This document shows positions 1-7,762 of a stretch of 19,295 nt of DNA, in pieces. Under the pieces are notes generated by a model, which did no database searches, was not told the DNA's origin, and worked only from the letters and a program-made list of their open reading frames with translations. Origin of the DNA: Nanopusillaceae archaeon (GTDB taxonomy: Archaea > Nanobdellota > Nanobdellia > Nanobdellales > Nanobdellaceae); the NCBI GenBank assembly GCA_038735675.1, contig JAVYNJ010000012.1, positions 1-19,295 of the forward strand, given 5' to 3'. The translations under genes and the position numbers were made by a program. The first letter of the stretch is position 1; each line of letters starts with the position of its first letter.

Positions 1-48
1 ATTTATTAGACGTTGTATTTGTTAATTTAAAGATTTAATAAAAAATAT

Positions 49-106
49 AAATAATGATGATCTGCCAGTCTTCTGAAAAATGATGATATTTTAAATGCTG
101 AGATTT
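49..106 (+). ncRNA. Archaeal box C/D guide sRNA (2'-O-methylation guide RNA)
   Basis: C box ATGATGA at 54-60. 12-nt guide TCTGCCAGTCTT at 61-72. D' box CTGA at 73-76. 3-nt spacer at 77-79. C' box ATGATGA at 80-86. 11-nt guide TATTTTAAATG at 87-97. D box CTGA at 98-101. A short A/U terminal stem is possible (49-52 with 103-106). The region is intergenic; only a shadow ORF (27..287 minus) overlaps it. Confidence 0.75.
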
Positions 107-135
107 TTATATAATTTTCTAACATATACTTACTT

Positions 136-501
136 ATGGACAAAGTATCAAAAATTGTTATAACAATTATTGGAATCTTTTTTGGATTACTAGGAATATT
201 TTTTATAACAGTAGTAGGCAATCTATTTCTATTTTCTTTAAATATATTATTATATATACTGTTTTCTAGCATTGCAGAGGATCGCATAACTTATGTTATC
301 GGAAATCTGCTATTAATTTCTTCGTTGCTAGCAATGATTGGTTTCTTTACAGGAATAACAACTCTAATACCCTTTAGAGTAAATTTCTCACAAATTTCTG
401 GAGCTTTTAGTGTAATAGCATTATTGTTATTCTTTATATATTATCTTTATAGCACTTTAAAAGAAATTTTACAGTCTATAGAAATAAAATTAAAGAAATA
501 A
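136..501 (+). CDS. Small integral membrane protein (about 4 predicted TM helices), unknown function
   Basis: 121-aa ORF with four long hydrophobic stretches separated by short polar loops and a charged C-terminal tail (KEILQSIEIKLKK). A TATA-like TTTTTATATAA at 104-114 lies about 25 nt upstream of the ATG, consistent with a leaderless transcript. No family recognised. Confidence 0.55.
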   Translation: MDKVSKIVITIIGIFFGLLGIFFITVVGNLFLFSLNILLYILFSSIAEDRITYVIGNLLLISSLLAMIGFFTGITTLIPFRVNFSQISGAFSVIALLLFFIYYLYSTLKEILQSIEIKLKK

Positions 502-1711
502 GCAGAATTACAATTATTAAGCTATAAAAAGGCTCAGAAATAATTAGAGTACCAATAGGAGTTCTTGTAGCAATAGATAAAGGTATTTGTTTAGTATATA
601 CATATTTTTTATTTTTTCCCTCTAAATAACCTTCTACATTAATTATAAAATTGCATCTACCTAGTCTAAGAGGATATATTTTTGTTTTAATTTCGTAAGA
701 TTCTCCATTATTTAATCTAGAAATATTGAAACTTCTTTTTTGTAAACCGTCTACTAAAATAATATTTTGACACTCTGATTCTGGAAACGTAACAGTTATA
801 TTAACAAAATTTCCATAACAACTTGAAGGATTATATATTTTTATCCTCAAATCATAAGGTGAAAAATCTGTTATTAAAATACTATCCCAGCTTAATGGAG
901 AAACATAAATGTTTAAACATGGATTAACAATTCTATAAGTATGCTCTAAAACATTAAGATTTCCTGCAAGATCTAAGGCAATTATTTTTACATTACAAAT
1001 TTCAGATGGACATTCTTTCGAAGAAAGAGTTATATTGTTCTCGTAATATGAATTAAATCTACAAAAAGGAGAAAAATCATAATAAGGAATATTATTTATA
1101 TATAATTGACAAAAATATAGATAATTATCATCTATAAATTCTATATGAATCGTAGAAGGTAATTCTATATAATTTTCTAAATTTTCTAGAATTATGTTTG
1201 GATTAATTTTATCTAGAATTTTAATATATAATTTAACTGGCTCATTTTGACTTAAAGATACATGACTTCCGTTTAAATTATATAAACCAAGTAAAAAATA
1301 AGTATCTTCAAAAGGCTCTGTTGTAATATTCAAAACTCTCTTAAAACGGTTATCTAAGCAAAAAGGATAAGTTCCGGGATAATTAGTAGAGTAATATCTT
1401 GAAGAAAACCCAACATGTGAATTTATAGAATTATACAAATAAATAGAACTAGAACCTTCACAATCTTCAGAAGAAAAATTTATGGGAATTCTGTATTGAT
1501 TATTTCTTATTTCACATCCGTAATTTAAATAACCTAATTGATTACAAAAACTTGCATGAGTATTTCTTTCTATTGAATATAACCCTATCAAACAAGAGTT
1601 TTGAACATTAATATTACAATATAACTCATTTTGAGAATATACAACTGTAAATGAAATAACAAGCAAGATTAATATTAATTGTAAATTTAATAAGACCTTT
1701 TTAATTAACAT
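476..1711 (-). CDS. Cys-rich secreted, C-terminally membrane-anchored surface protein, unknown family
   Basis: 411 aa. The N-terminus MLIKKVLLNLQLILILLVISFTVVYSQ looks like a Sec signal peptide. About 16 Cys and many N-x-S/T sequons. A C-terminal beta-rich segment (NITVTFPESECQNIILVDG...GESYEIKTKIYPLRLGRCNFIINVEG) resembles CARDB/Ig-like adhesion folds. The extreme C-terminus is one hydrophobic helix (SLIIVILLISLILFL). Confidence 0.65.
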   Translation of the reverse strand: MLIKKVLLNLQLILILLVISFTVVYSQNELYCNINVQNSCLIGLYSIERNTHASFCNQLGYLNYGCEIRNNQYRIPINFSSEDCEGSSSIYLYNSINSHVGFSSRYYSTNYPGTYPFCLDNRFKRVLNITTEPFEDTYFLLGLYNLNGSHVSLSQNEPVKLYIKILDKINPNIILENLENYIELPSTIHIEFIDDNYLYFCQLYINNIPYYDFSPFCRFNSYYENNITLSSKECPSEICNVKIIALDLAGNLNVLEHTYRIVNPCLNIYVSPLSWDSILITDFSPYDLRIKIYNPSSCYGNFVNITVTFPESECQNIILVDGLQKRSFNISRLNNGESYEIKTKIYPLRLGRCNFIINVEGYLEGKNKKYVYTKQIPLSIATRTPIGTLIISEPFYSLIIVILLISLILFL

Positions 1712-1876
1712 AATTTTTATATATATTTTTTATTTTTTAATTTTGATATAAAAGATAAAAATTAAAAAATAAAATCTCAAAATTATTCAAAAAATTAAAA
1801 ATTCTCTAAATAAAGAAACTAAAAAATTTTTATTAATCTTTTAAAAAATTAAAATTTATTTTATAATTTTTAATTT

Positions 1877-2335
1877 ATGACAATATTAAAAGAATTTGAG
1901 TATGAAGATCACATGTCTGATATAAAAATTGTTGGCCATGGAAATACGCCAAAAAGAGCTATAGAAGCTGTAATTTTAGGAACAGCAAACTTAATTTATG
2001 ATACAGAAAAAGTAGATAAAAAAGAAACAATAGAAATAACATTTAAAACTAATGATATTTTAGAGGCAATATATAACTCTGTAAAAGAATTTCTTAATTT
2101 ATTTTATTTTCAAAAATTTGCAATAAGAGATGTTAGAGTAAAACATTTAAGAAAAATAAAAATTAGAGATAAAAAAATATATTTTTGGGAAACTAATATA
2201 ACTTTTTTTGGAGAAAAATATGATATAAATAAACATGGATATAAGAAAGAAATAAAATCTGCAACTTATTATGACTTATCAATTAAAAAAATAACAAAAT
2301 CTCATTGGCTCGTTGAAGTAGTTGTCGATGTTTGA
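1877..2335 (+). CDS. Archease (RtcB tRNA-ligase activator/chaperone family)
   Basis: The N-terminal FEYEDHMSDIKIVGHG matches the archease F-E-x-x-D-H-T-A-D-x-x-x-x-x-x-G signature. The C-terminal KSATYYDLSI...HWLVEVVVDV matches the conserved K-A-x-T-Y-H block and the V-x-x-D-V terminus. Length of 152 aa is typical. Confidence 0.85.
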   Translation: MTILKEFEYEDHMSDIKIVGHGNTPKRAIEAVILGTANLIYDTEKVDKKETIEITFKTNDILEAIYNSVKEFLNLFYFQKFAIRDVRVKHLRKIKIRDKKIYFWETNITFFGEKYDINKHGYKKEIKSATYYDLSIKKITKSHWLVEVVVDV

Positions 2336-3180
2336 TTTCTTTTCTCAAAATATTTATACATCGCTACATTAAGAAATAGATAAGAATAGGTATCAGATAT
2401 TACTATAAATAACCAAACCATAGAAAATTCTTTTACAATTGGCAGATCTACTATCAAAATTAATGGAATTAAAACAAATAGTATAAATATTTCCATTAGT
2501 AATCCAACTTTTAAAGATAACTTTATTCTATCATTAAAAGATAATTCTTTTTCTTGAAATACATTAGTAGCTAAAACAATATTATTATCTATAGCGAACC
2601 CTAAGATTCCGAGCATTGCTACAACTCCTATAAAACCTAATTTTAGTCCGAATAGATTAATTAATGTTAAAACAAGTATAAAATCCCAAAATATAACTAA
2701 TAAAATACCGAATACTGGTTGCTTTTTCCTAAATCTAAGCATTATAAAAATACTTATCAGTACTGTAGATATTATAAATAATCTGATTAATTGTTCAAGA
2801 ACCAATTCACCTATATAACTGCTAAATTCTTGTACTGTTATTAATTCCTCAGAAATATTTTTTTCTTTGAGAATATTCAAAAATTCTTTAATATCCTTTG
2901 CAGAAGTCTCTATATAAATATTTCCTCCACTTACATAAAGATTGTAATCGGTAATACCTAAATCTCTTAATATAGATTCTACCTCCAATTCGCTAATTAA
3001 TTTAGGAAATACAATTAAATTTCCTCCTGTAATTTCTACACTAAAGTCTACTATGCTATTAAAAACTAAAAATCGATATAGCAAGTAAGTTGTTGCTACT
3101 ATCAATATAGATATAGAAATTACAAATATTTGCTTATAGTATTTTTCTATAAAAGAAATATAGACTTCGTCTAATTTCAT
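2302..3180 (-). CDS. secF: SecD/SecF-family protein-export membrane protein (SecF-like size and topology)
   Basis: 292 aa: an N-terminal TM helix, an extracytoplasmic domain of about 100 aa, then about 5 TM helices. LRFRKKQPVFGILLVIFWDFILVLTLINLF...AMLGILGFAIDNNIVLATNVFQE parallels the SecD/F core (fRFe..., h-D-v-i-x-t-l-g, G-Y-S-x-N-D-x-I-V-x-x-D-R-I-R-E). The 3' end overlaps archease convergently by 34 nt. Confidence 0.6.
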   Translation of the reverse strand: MKLDEVYISFIEKYYKQIFVISISILIVATTYLLYRFLVFNSIVDFSVEITGGNLIVFPKLISELEVESILRDLGITDYNLYVSGGNIYIETSAKDIKEFLNILKEKNISEELITVQEFSSYIGELVLEQLIRLFIISTVLISIFIMLRFRKKQPVFGILLVIFWDFILVLTLINLFGLKLGFIGVVAMLGILGFAIDNNIVLATNVFQEKELSFNDRIKLSLKVGLLMEIFILFVLIPLILIVDLPIVKEFSMVWLFIVISDTYSYLFLNVAMYKYFEKRNQTSTTTSTSQ

Positions 3181-3230
3181 TTCTTATTTTAAATAGAAAA
3201 AAATTAAAATATTTAACAAAATATTTTTAA

Positions 3231-4268
3231 ATGAAATCTTTTATGTATTTAGTAGAAATTATTTTGGCTATTTTACTGCTCATTTCTTATTTATATTATA
3301 TAAAAAGTCCAGAAGATATTCAAAAAATTCTATCAAATTTTGAAAAAAAATACTATTTAGATACTATATTGCTTTCAGCAAAAGAAATATATGATTTAAA
3401 TTTTGAAGAAACTTTCAGAATTTACTATTTAATGTTTTCTGACAGTTTAAAGGGCTTTTCTCAAAACTTAGAAAAATTAGAACTAGTTAGTTTAGATATA
3501 AACAATCAAGAATGTATAATGTTTTTTTATCCTTTTCCAAATATAGAAGATATTAACTATTATGATTACAATTATGTAAACTTTTTCATTTATAACATAG
3601 ATGGAGAATTGTGTGAAAACTTCGCAGTATCGAAAGATTGGAAGATAATTAGAATAGATAAAATTCCAAATAGTAGAAATATTTCTCTATATTTAAAAGA
3701 CTCTCTCAATCTTTCTCAGTTAGATCCCTATTCTCTATTTATCTTTGATAGTTTAGAAAATGAGATCTCTATAGAATCCATAGCTTACAATAATGAATAT
3801 ATTAATATATCTAACATACTATACAACCCGCTAGTTCACGTTTTACCAATATATATAACTATAAGGATCAAAGAAAATGATAAAATAAAAAATTTGGAAT
3901 ATTTATCTAGAAGATATAATATTTTGGAGTCATTAGTAGGAGATATAACTTCATTTTCGATTTTAGATAGCAACTGGTTAACAATATACTTAAACGATGC
4001 TTGTTATCTAAAAAAAACAATTGTAATTCGTTATTCTATATTACCTTCAAATAAATTTAAATTTAGAATATTTTCAAATTTAAATAAAGAAAGATGTAAT
4101 GGTAATTATACAGTAAGTTATTATAAAAATAAATTTTTTGAAAAATATAATATCTTAAAACTTTTAAATCTAAAATTAAGCGAAAATCCTACAAATACAG
4201 AATATGAAAATGAATTATATCTAATTAATGGCCTAAATTTAGCAATATTAAAAATTTATGGTTCGTAG
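3231..4268 (+). CDS. Large extracellular protein with short prepilin-like (class III-like) N-terminus or signal anchor; unknown family
   Basis: 345 aa. The N-terminus is MKS|FMYLVEIILAILLLISYLYYI: a 3-residue basic leader, then about 20 hydrophobic residues with an embedded Glu. The rest is polar, rich in Asn/Tyr and sequons, with no further TM helix. Its stop overlaps the next ORF start by 11 nt. Confidence 0.6.
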   Translation: MKSFMYLVEIILAILLLISYLYYIKSPEDIQKILSNFEKKYYLDTILLSAKEIYDLNFEETFRIYYLMFSDSLKGFSQNLEKLELVSLDINNQECIMFFYPFPNIEDINYYDYNYVNFFIYNIDGELCENFAVSKDWKIIRIDKIPNSRNISLYLKDSLNLSQLDPYSLFIFDSLENEISIESIAYNNEYINISNILYNPLVHVLPIYITIRIKENDKIKNLEYLSRRYNILESLVGDITSFSILDSNWLTIYLNDACYLKKTIVIRYSILPSNKFKFRIFSNLNKERCNGNYTVSYYKNKFFEKYNILKLLNLKLSENPTNTEYENELYLINGLNLAILKIYGS

Positions 4269-5448
4269 CCAATTTTATATAATTATCTTTGGACTTATAA
4301 TCATATTTTTACTGGGATATATTTATCAAGTTTCTATATTTTCCAAAGAAGTATATAATTTTTTCTCTTACTATTCGAATATATTAAAATTTGTTTATTT
4401 TAAATCCTTTTTAGAAGAATATCAAAAATTTTTTTATTTGGATAATTCTAGCGTTTATCCAATGAGAGTATTCTATGATTGTGATCTAGATAGCTTATCT
4501 ATAGATAATTATTTAAATTTTGAGAATATTTCAGTATTCGATAATAAATTTAATCAACTTCCATCAGCTTATGATGCTGATTATATTAATTTCACATTAT
4601 TTAACAAAAAAAAGAAATACAATAACCTATGCGTCTTTGAAGGATATTTAGTTCAAAATTATAATTTTTCTAGTCAGAAAAAAATTTATGGATCACCAGT
4701 AATACATTTTGAAGTATATTTAGATAAGAAAATAACCTTAAATAAAGATATTTATATAAAGTTAATTAATAACTTAATAAAAGAAATATTTGTAGATTTT
4801 AATGAAGATTGTACTGAATTAAAATATTTTAATCCTGAAATAAGTATTAGTCTTAATTCTTTATCACTAAACAATTTAAATATAGAAATTATCGAAAAAA
4901 AATCTAATATAGCTGTTCTAAAAATAGAAAATCTTGGAAATTGTCCAGTAGATATAACAAAATTTTTTTATGAAACTGATAAAATTTATAAAATAATTCC
5001 AAATTCAAATGTAAATGCTACTTCTTTCGTAATATATCCTAAAAGATATGAAATATTTAATTTTTCTAATTTTGAAAATACTATCTGTTTAAATTCTTTA
5101 GGATTTAGAAAATGTGCACAACCACTTATTTTTTTAAAAGAAAATAATTTTTCTACAGATTGTTTTTTAGTCGGAGAGGAGTATGGAGGCTCTGTTCAAT
5201 TAGAAATTTTTGTTAGTGATGCATTAAAGAATCCTTTAAAGTTAGAGGCTATGGATCCTAGTACAATTAGTTTTAACCCAGATATAATATATCCTGGTGG
5301 ATATAATAGCGTAGGACTGACATATAAATATACTTGTCCCGTAGGCGTTACATATCTCAATATAGATCTAGAAGCTGTAGATACTATAACTGGAGAAAGA
5401 TATTACATTGATACAATAAAAATAATTATTTCTAATTTGGCAGTATAG
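4258..5448 (+). CDS. Large extracellular protein with prepilin-like N-terminus and C-terminal beta-sandwich-like domain; unknown family
   Basis: 396 aa. The N-terminus is MVRS|QFYIIIFGLIIIFLLGYIY: a basic residue at -2, a small residue at -1, Gln at +1, then a hydrophobic helix. An internal IAVLKIENLGNCPVDIT segment resembles CARDB. The last ~95 aa (nt ~5160-5448) are visibly richer in G+C and in Gly/Val/Pro/Thr than the rest, suggesting a constrained folded domain. Confidence 0.6.
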   Translation: MVRSQFYIIIFGLIIIFLLGYIYQVSIFSKEVYNFFSYYSNILKFVYFKSFLEEYQKFFYLDNSSVYPMRVFYDCDLDSLSIDNYLNFENISVFDNKFNQLPSAYDADYINFTLFNKKKKYNNLCVFEGYLVQNYNFSSQKKIYGSPVIHFEVYLDKKITLNKDIYIKLINNLIKEIFVDFNEDCTELKYFNPEISISLNSLSLNNLNIEIIEKKSNIAVLKIENLGNCPVDITKFFYETDKIYKIIPNSNVNATSFVIYPKRYEIFNFSNFENTICLNSLGFRKCAQPLIFLKENNFSTDCFLVGEEYGGSVQLEIFVSDALKNPLKLEAMDPSTISFNPDIIYPGGYNSVGLTYKYTCPVGVTYLNIDLEAVDTITGERYYIDTIKIIISNLAV

Positions 5449-5453
5449 TAATA

Positions 5454-6170
5454 TTAAAATTCACAACAATCTTCAAATGGAAGTTTTAAAATATAAAAAT
5501 CTTTATTAAAATATAACTTATTTTTTGCTATTCTTGTTCTTTTAACTTGTTTAAATAAAATTTTATCAAAAGTTATTAGAGAATTCCTTATACCAAAAAC
5601 TTTATAAAAAGCTTTTATTTCATATCTACCTGGAACTTCTGATTTATCGGAGGCAAACGATCCATATAGAAACGGAATGTCTCTTTTTTTTAATATATTA
5701 AACAAAAAAATATAGCTATATGGATCTTGAATTGCATTTTTAAGAGAAATCAACAGTGATTGATTATTTTTTTTAATTTTATTAAAACAAAATTTATCCA
5801 AATTTGTAAAATAAAATTTTTCTTTGGAATATAAATCTTCTAAAAAGATGCCATTAAAATAATAGTTATTTAATAATTTTGAATTATCTTCTAATTTATA
5901 TCCTTTTATAAATATCAAATCGTTGTATAAATCTTCTGAATAAAAGAGATCTGAAGCTAGTTTTAAAGTTTCTTTAAAATTTTTGTTTTCAACTATAGCT
6001 AAATAATAAATATCTATTTTTTTAAAATAAAATATATTTTCTAATTTAAATATTTCTAAATCTCTCCTATTTTTTATATAATATCCAAAAATAACTTTTT
6101 TAATATTCCTTTCAATATATTTTTTTGCTAATTCTTCTTCGTTATATTGCGGAATTGCTATATCATACAT
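5454..6170 (-). CDS. rnp3: Probable RNase P protein component 3 (Rpp30/Rnp3, TIM-barrel/PHP-like)
   Basis: 238 aa. The MYDIAIP start matches the usual M-x-y-D-l-x-v start of archaeal Rpp30. The C-terminal block GSFASDKSEVPGRYEIKAFYKVFGI parallels the conserved S-x-A-x-x-x-x-e-v/l-R-x-P-x-D-l-x-a-f/l-x-x-x-l-G of Rpp30. Recognised from recalled homolog patterns only. Confidence 0.45.
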   Translation of the reverse strand: MYDIAIPQYNEEELAKKYIERNIKKVIFGYYIKNRRDLEIFKLENIFYFKKIDIYYLAIVENKNFKETLKLASDLFYSEDLYNDLIFIKGYKLEDNSKLLNNYYFNGIFLEDLYSKEKFYFTNLDKFCFNKIKKNNQSLLISLKNAIQDPYSYIFLFNILKKRDIPFLYGSFASDKSEVPGRYEIKAFYKVFGIRNSLITFDKILFKQVKRTRIAKNKLYFNKDFYILKLPFEDCCEF

Positions 6171-6194
6171 AAAAATAAAGTATAAAAAATAAAC

Positions 6195-6386
6195 TTATTT
6201 TTTGCTTTTACTAACAGATATCGATTTGCTAGTATGTTTTTTATAATCTTCCCAAAAAAACTCTAGATGTCCACTTATAGATTGTATAGGGCCAGAATAT
6301 CCACACTCTAAACATATCCAAATTTTATCATTTGCAAAAAATGGAACAATATTTTCAGATCCACACATCGGACAAATAACTTTCAT
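6195..6386 (-). CDS. Small zinc-ribbon protein
   Basis: 63 aa with CPMC (residues 5-8) and CLEC (24-27), forming a C-x2-C...C-x2-C ribbon, plus a Lys/Ser-rich tail. It sits 24 nt upstream of, and co-directional with, the Rpp30-like gene. Confidence 0.5.
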   Translation of the reverse strand: MKVICPMCGSENIVPFFANDKIWICLECGYSGPIQSISGHLEFFWEDYKKHTSKSISVSKSKK

Positions 6387-6459
6387 AAAAAATATTTACA
6401 ACTTTCCAATATATAAACTATTCTAAATCTTTTTTGATTAACAATTTTATTTAAAAAAA

Positions 6460-7041
6460 TCAATAAATATAGGGTATAATTTTGTATTTTACTTTTTTCA
6501 TATACTCTCTATATTCATCTCCTAAATTTTCTATATTAAATTGCTCTTCTATATCTATCATGTATATCAAGAATCCTAGTGCTATAAAAGCTCCAGAAAG
6601 AGATAAGAAAGTTCTAAAAGATAGAGAATAACCTAATAAAAATAAAAAGTTTGCTAAATAGAATGGATGTCTAACTATTGCATTAGGACCTGTCATAACT
6701 ACCTTATGATTTTTAAATGCGGCTAAATTAAAGCTCCAATATTTTCCATAAGAACTTAAAGACCACAAAGCAAATAATATTGCAACTATTTGAATAAAAT
6801 AACCTGTATAAGCTACATATTCTTTTAGAAAATATTCTAAATTAGAATAATAAAAATAATAAATAAAAAACAGTGAAATCGCATACATAACTAAAAAATA
6901 TGCTAAAAATGAATTTTTTTTAATTTCTATTTCTCTTTCTCTAACATTTACAATATGCTTATAAATACCAAACCCTAAAATTATACACCATACTAAAAGA
7001 AATATTTGGTTGATAATTGGAAGATCAAAAATGTTTTCCAT
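6460..7041 (-). CDS. Isoprenylcysteine carboxyl methyltransferase (ICMT)/phospholipid methyltransferase-family membrane protein
   Basis: 193 aa, polytopic. VVMTGPNAIVRHPFYLANFLFLLG matches the family signature (L-V-T-x-G-P-Y-x-x-V-R-H-P-x-Y-x-G), followed by a conserved acidic EE segment. Confidence 0.7.
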   Translation of the reverse strand: MENIFDLPIINQIFLLVWCIILGFGIYKHIVNVREREIEIKKNSFLAYFLVMYAISLFFIYYFYYSNLEYFLKEYVAYTGYFIQIVAILFALWSLSSYGKYWSFNLAAFKNHKVVMTGPNAIVRHPFYLANFLFLLGYSLSFRTFLSLSGAFIALGFLIYMIDIEEQFNIENLGDEYREYMKKVKYKIIPYIY

Positions 7042-7054
7042 TTTTATATTTATT

Positions 7055-7762
7055 TTATATTATATTTTTATATCTTCCTCTTCTTTCAATTTCTTCCAAC
7101 TTTTTGATTACCCTTTCTGAATTTAAATTAGATCTTTTATATCCTTCTAAAAAATTTTTAAAAGAATCACATATCTTCCAATGTCTAGATTCAAAAGATT
7201 CCTTAAACAAATGTAAATCTACAGCAAAATCTTCTATTCTAGCAGAAAAATAACTTAAACCAAAATCGATTAAATATATAATCTCATTTTTTATCAATAT
7301 ATTTGATGTTGTCAAGTCTCCATGAACTATTTTGTTATTATGAATAATCCCAACTTGTTCTCCAATTTTGTATAATATATTTTCATGATCTAATTTTTCT
7401 AAAATATTTGAAACTCTTTCTCCTTCTATATACTCCATGACGATAATTCCTAAATCCTCATCAAAAAATATTATTTCCGGAACATTTATACTTTCCTTTA
7501 ATTTATTAATTATTTTTACTTCTCTTCTGGTTCTGTGTTTTCTAAATTCTTTATCAATAATATAATTTCTATAATTTTTTCTATATCTCGCCTTTAAAAT
7601 TGTAAATTTTTCTGTATATTTAAAGTAGATTTCGTTATCTACATCTTCATTTAATATTTCCCTCAATTTTTTTTTATCCAAATTAAATATAAATTCATTG
7701 TTATCTTTTAAACCTTCCAATAGAAATATTTTTGATTCAGCTCCTCGAAATATCTCCTTCAT
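7055..7762 (-). CDS. bud32: Bud32/PRPK atypical protein kinase, KEOPS complex subunit (t6A pathway)
   Basis: The glycine-loop equivalent FRGAESKIF lies at the extreme N-terminus. Catalytic loop IVHGDLTTSNILI. Metal-binding IDFGLS. The KEOPS-typical EDFAVDLHL follows. 235 aa. Confidence 0.85.
   Translation of the reverse strand: MKEIFRGAESKIFLLEGLKDNNEFIFNLDKKKLREILNEDVDNEIYFKYTEKFTILKARYRKNYRNYIIDKEFRKHRTRREVKIINKLKESINVPEIIFFDEDLGIIVMEYIEGERVSNILEKLDHENILYKIGEQVGIIHNNKIVHGDLTTSNILIKNEIIYLIDFGLSYFSARIEDFAVDLHLFKESFESRHWKICDSFKNFLEGYKRSNLNSERVIKKLEEIERRGRYKNII

Noticed and set aside
27-287. 86-aa minus-strand ORF from the track
   Set aside because: It overlaps the C/D sRNA and the 5' part of the 136..501 membrane-protein ORF. 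The sequence is low-complexity with no motif. It is most likely an antisense shadow ORF in AT-rich DNA.
476-540. Possible archaeosortase (PGF/PEF-CTERM-like) sorting signal at the C-terminus of the Cys-rich protein (SEPFYSLIIVILLISLILFL)
   Set aside because: There is no PGF or PEF tripeptide in register and no basic tail after the helix. The resemblance is limited to a terminal TM helix.
1712-1876. Three copies of an AAAAATTAAAA-like motif (about 1757, 1790 and 1843) in the divergent intergenic region between the Cys-rich protein and archease
   Set aside because: The spacer is nearly pure A/T, so short A/T words recur by chance. The spacing is irregular and no flanking specificity is visible. 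It probably just holds two divergent TATA promoters, and I cannot call a repeat element or operator.
2302-2335. 34-nt convergent overlap between the archease and SecF-like 3' ends
   Set aside because: The SecF-like tail (NQTSTTTSTSQ) is low-complexity and may simply be read-through antisense to the conserved archease C-terminus until the first stop. Nothing suggests a regulatory role.
5160-5448. GC-richer 3' segment of the second pilin-like gene, considered as a possible DGR variable repeat or foreign insertion
   Set aside because: The window has no reverse transcriptase, and scanning its GC-rich k-mers by eye found no matching template-like repeat elsewhere. A conserved folded domain explains the composition more simply.
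7017-7253. 78-aa plus-strand ORF antisense to the bud32 3' end and the ICMT-like gene 5' end
   Set aside because: It lies entirely within well-supported minus-strand genes and has no recognisable motif, so it is a shadow ORF.
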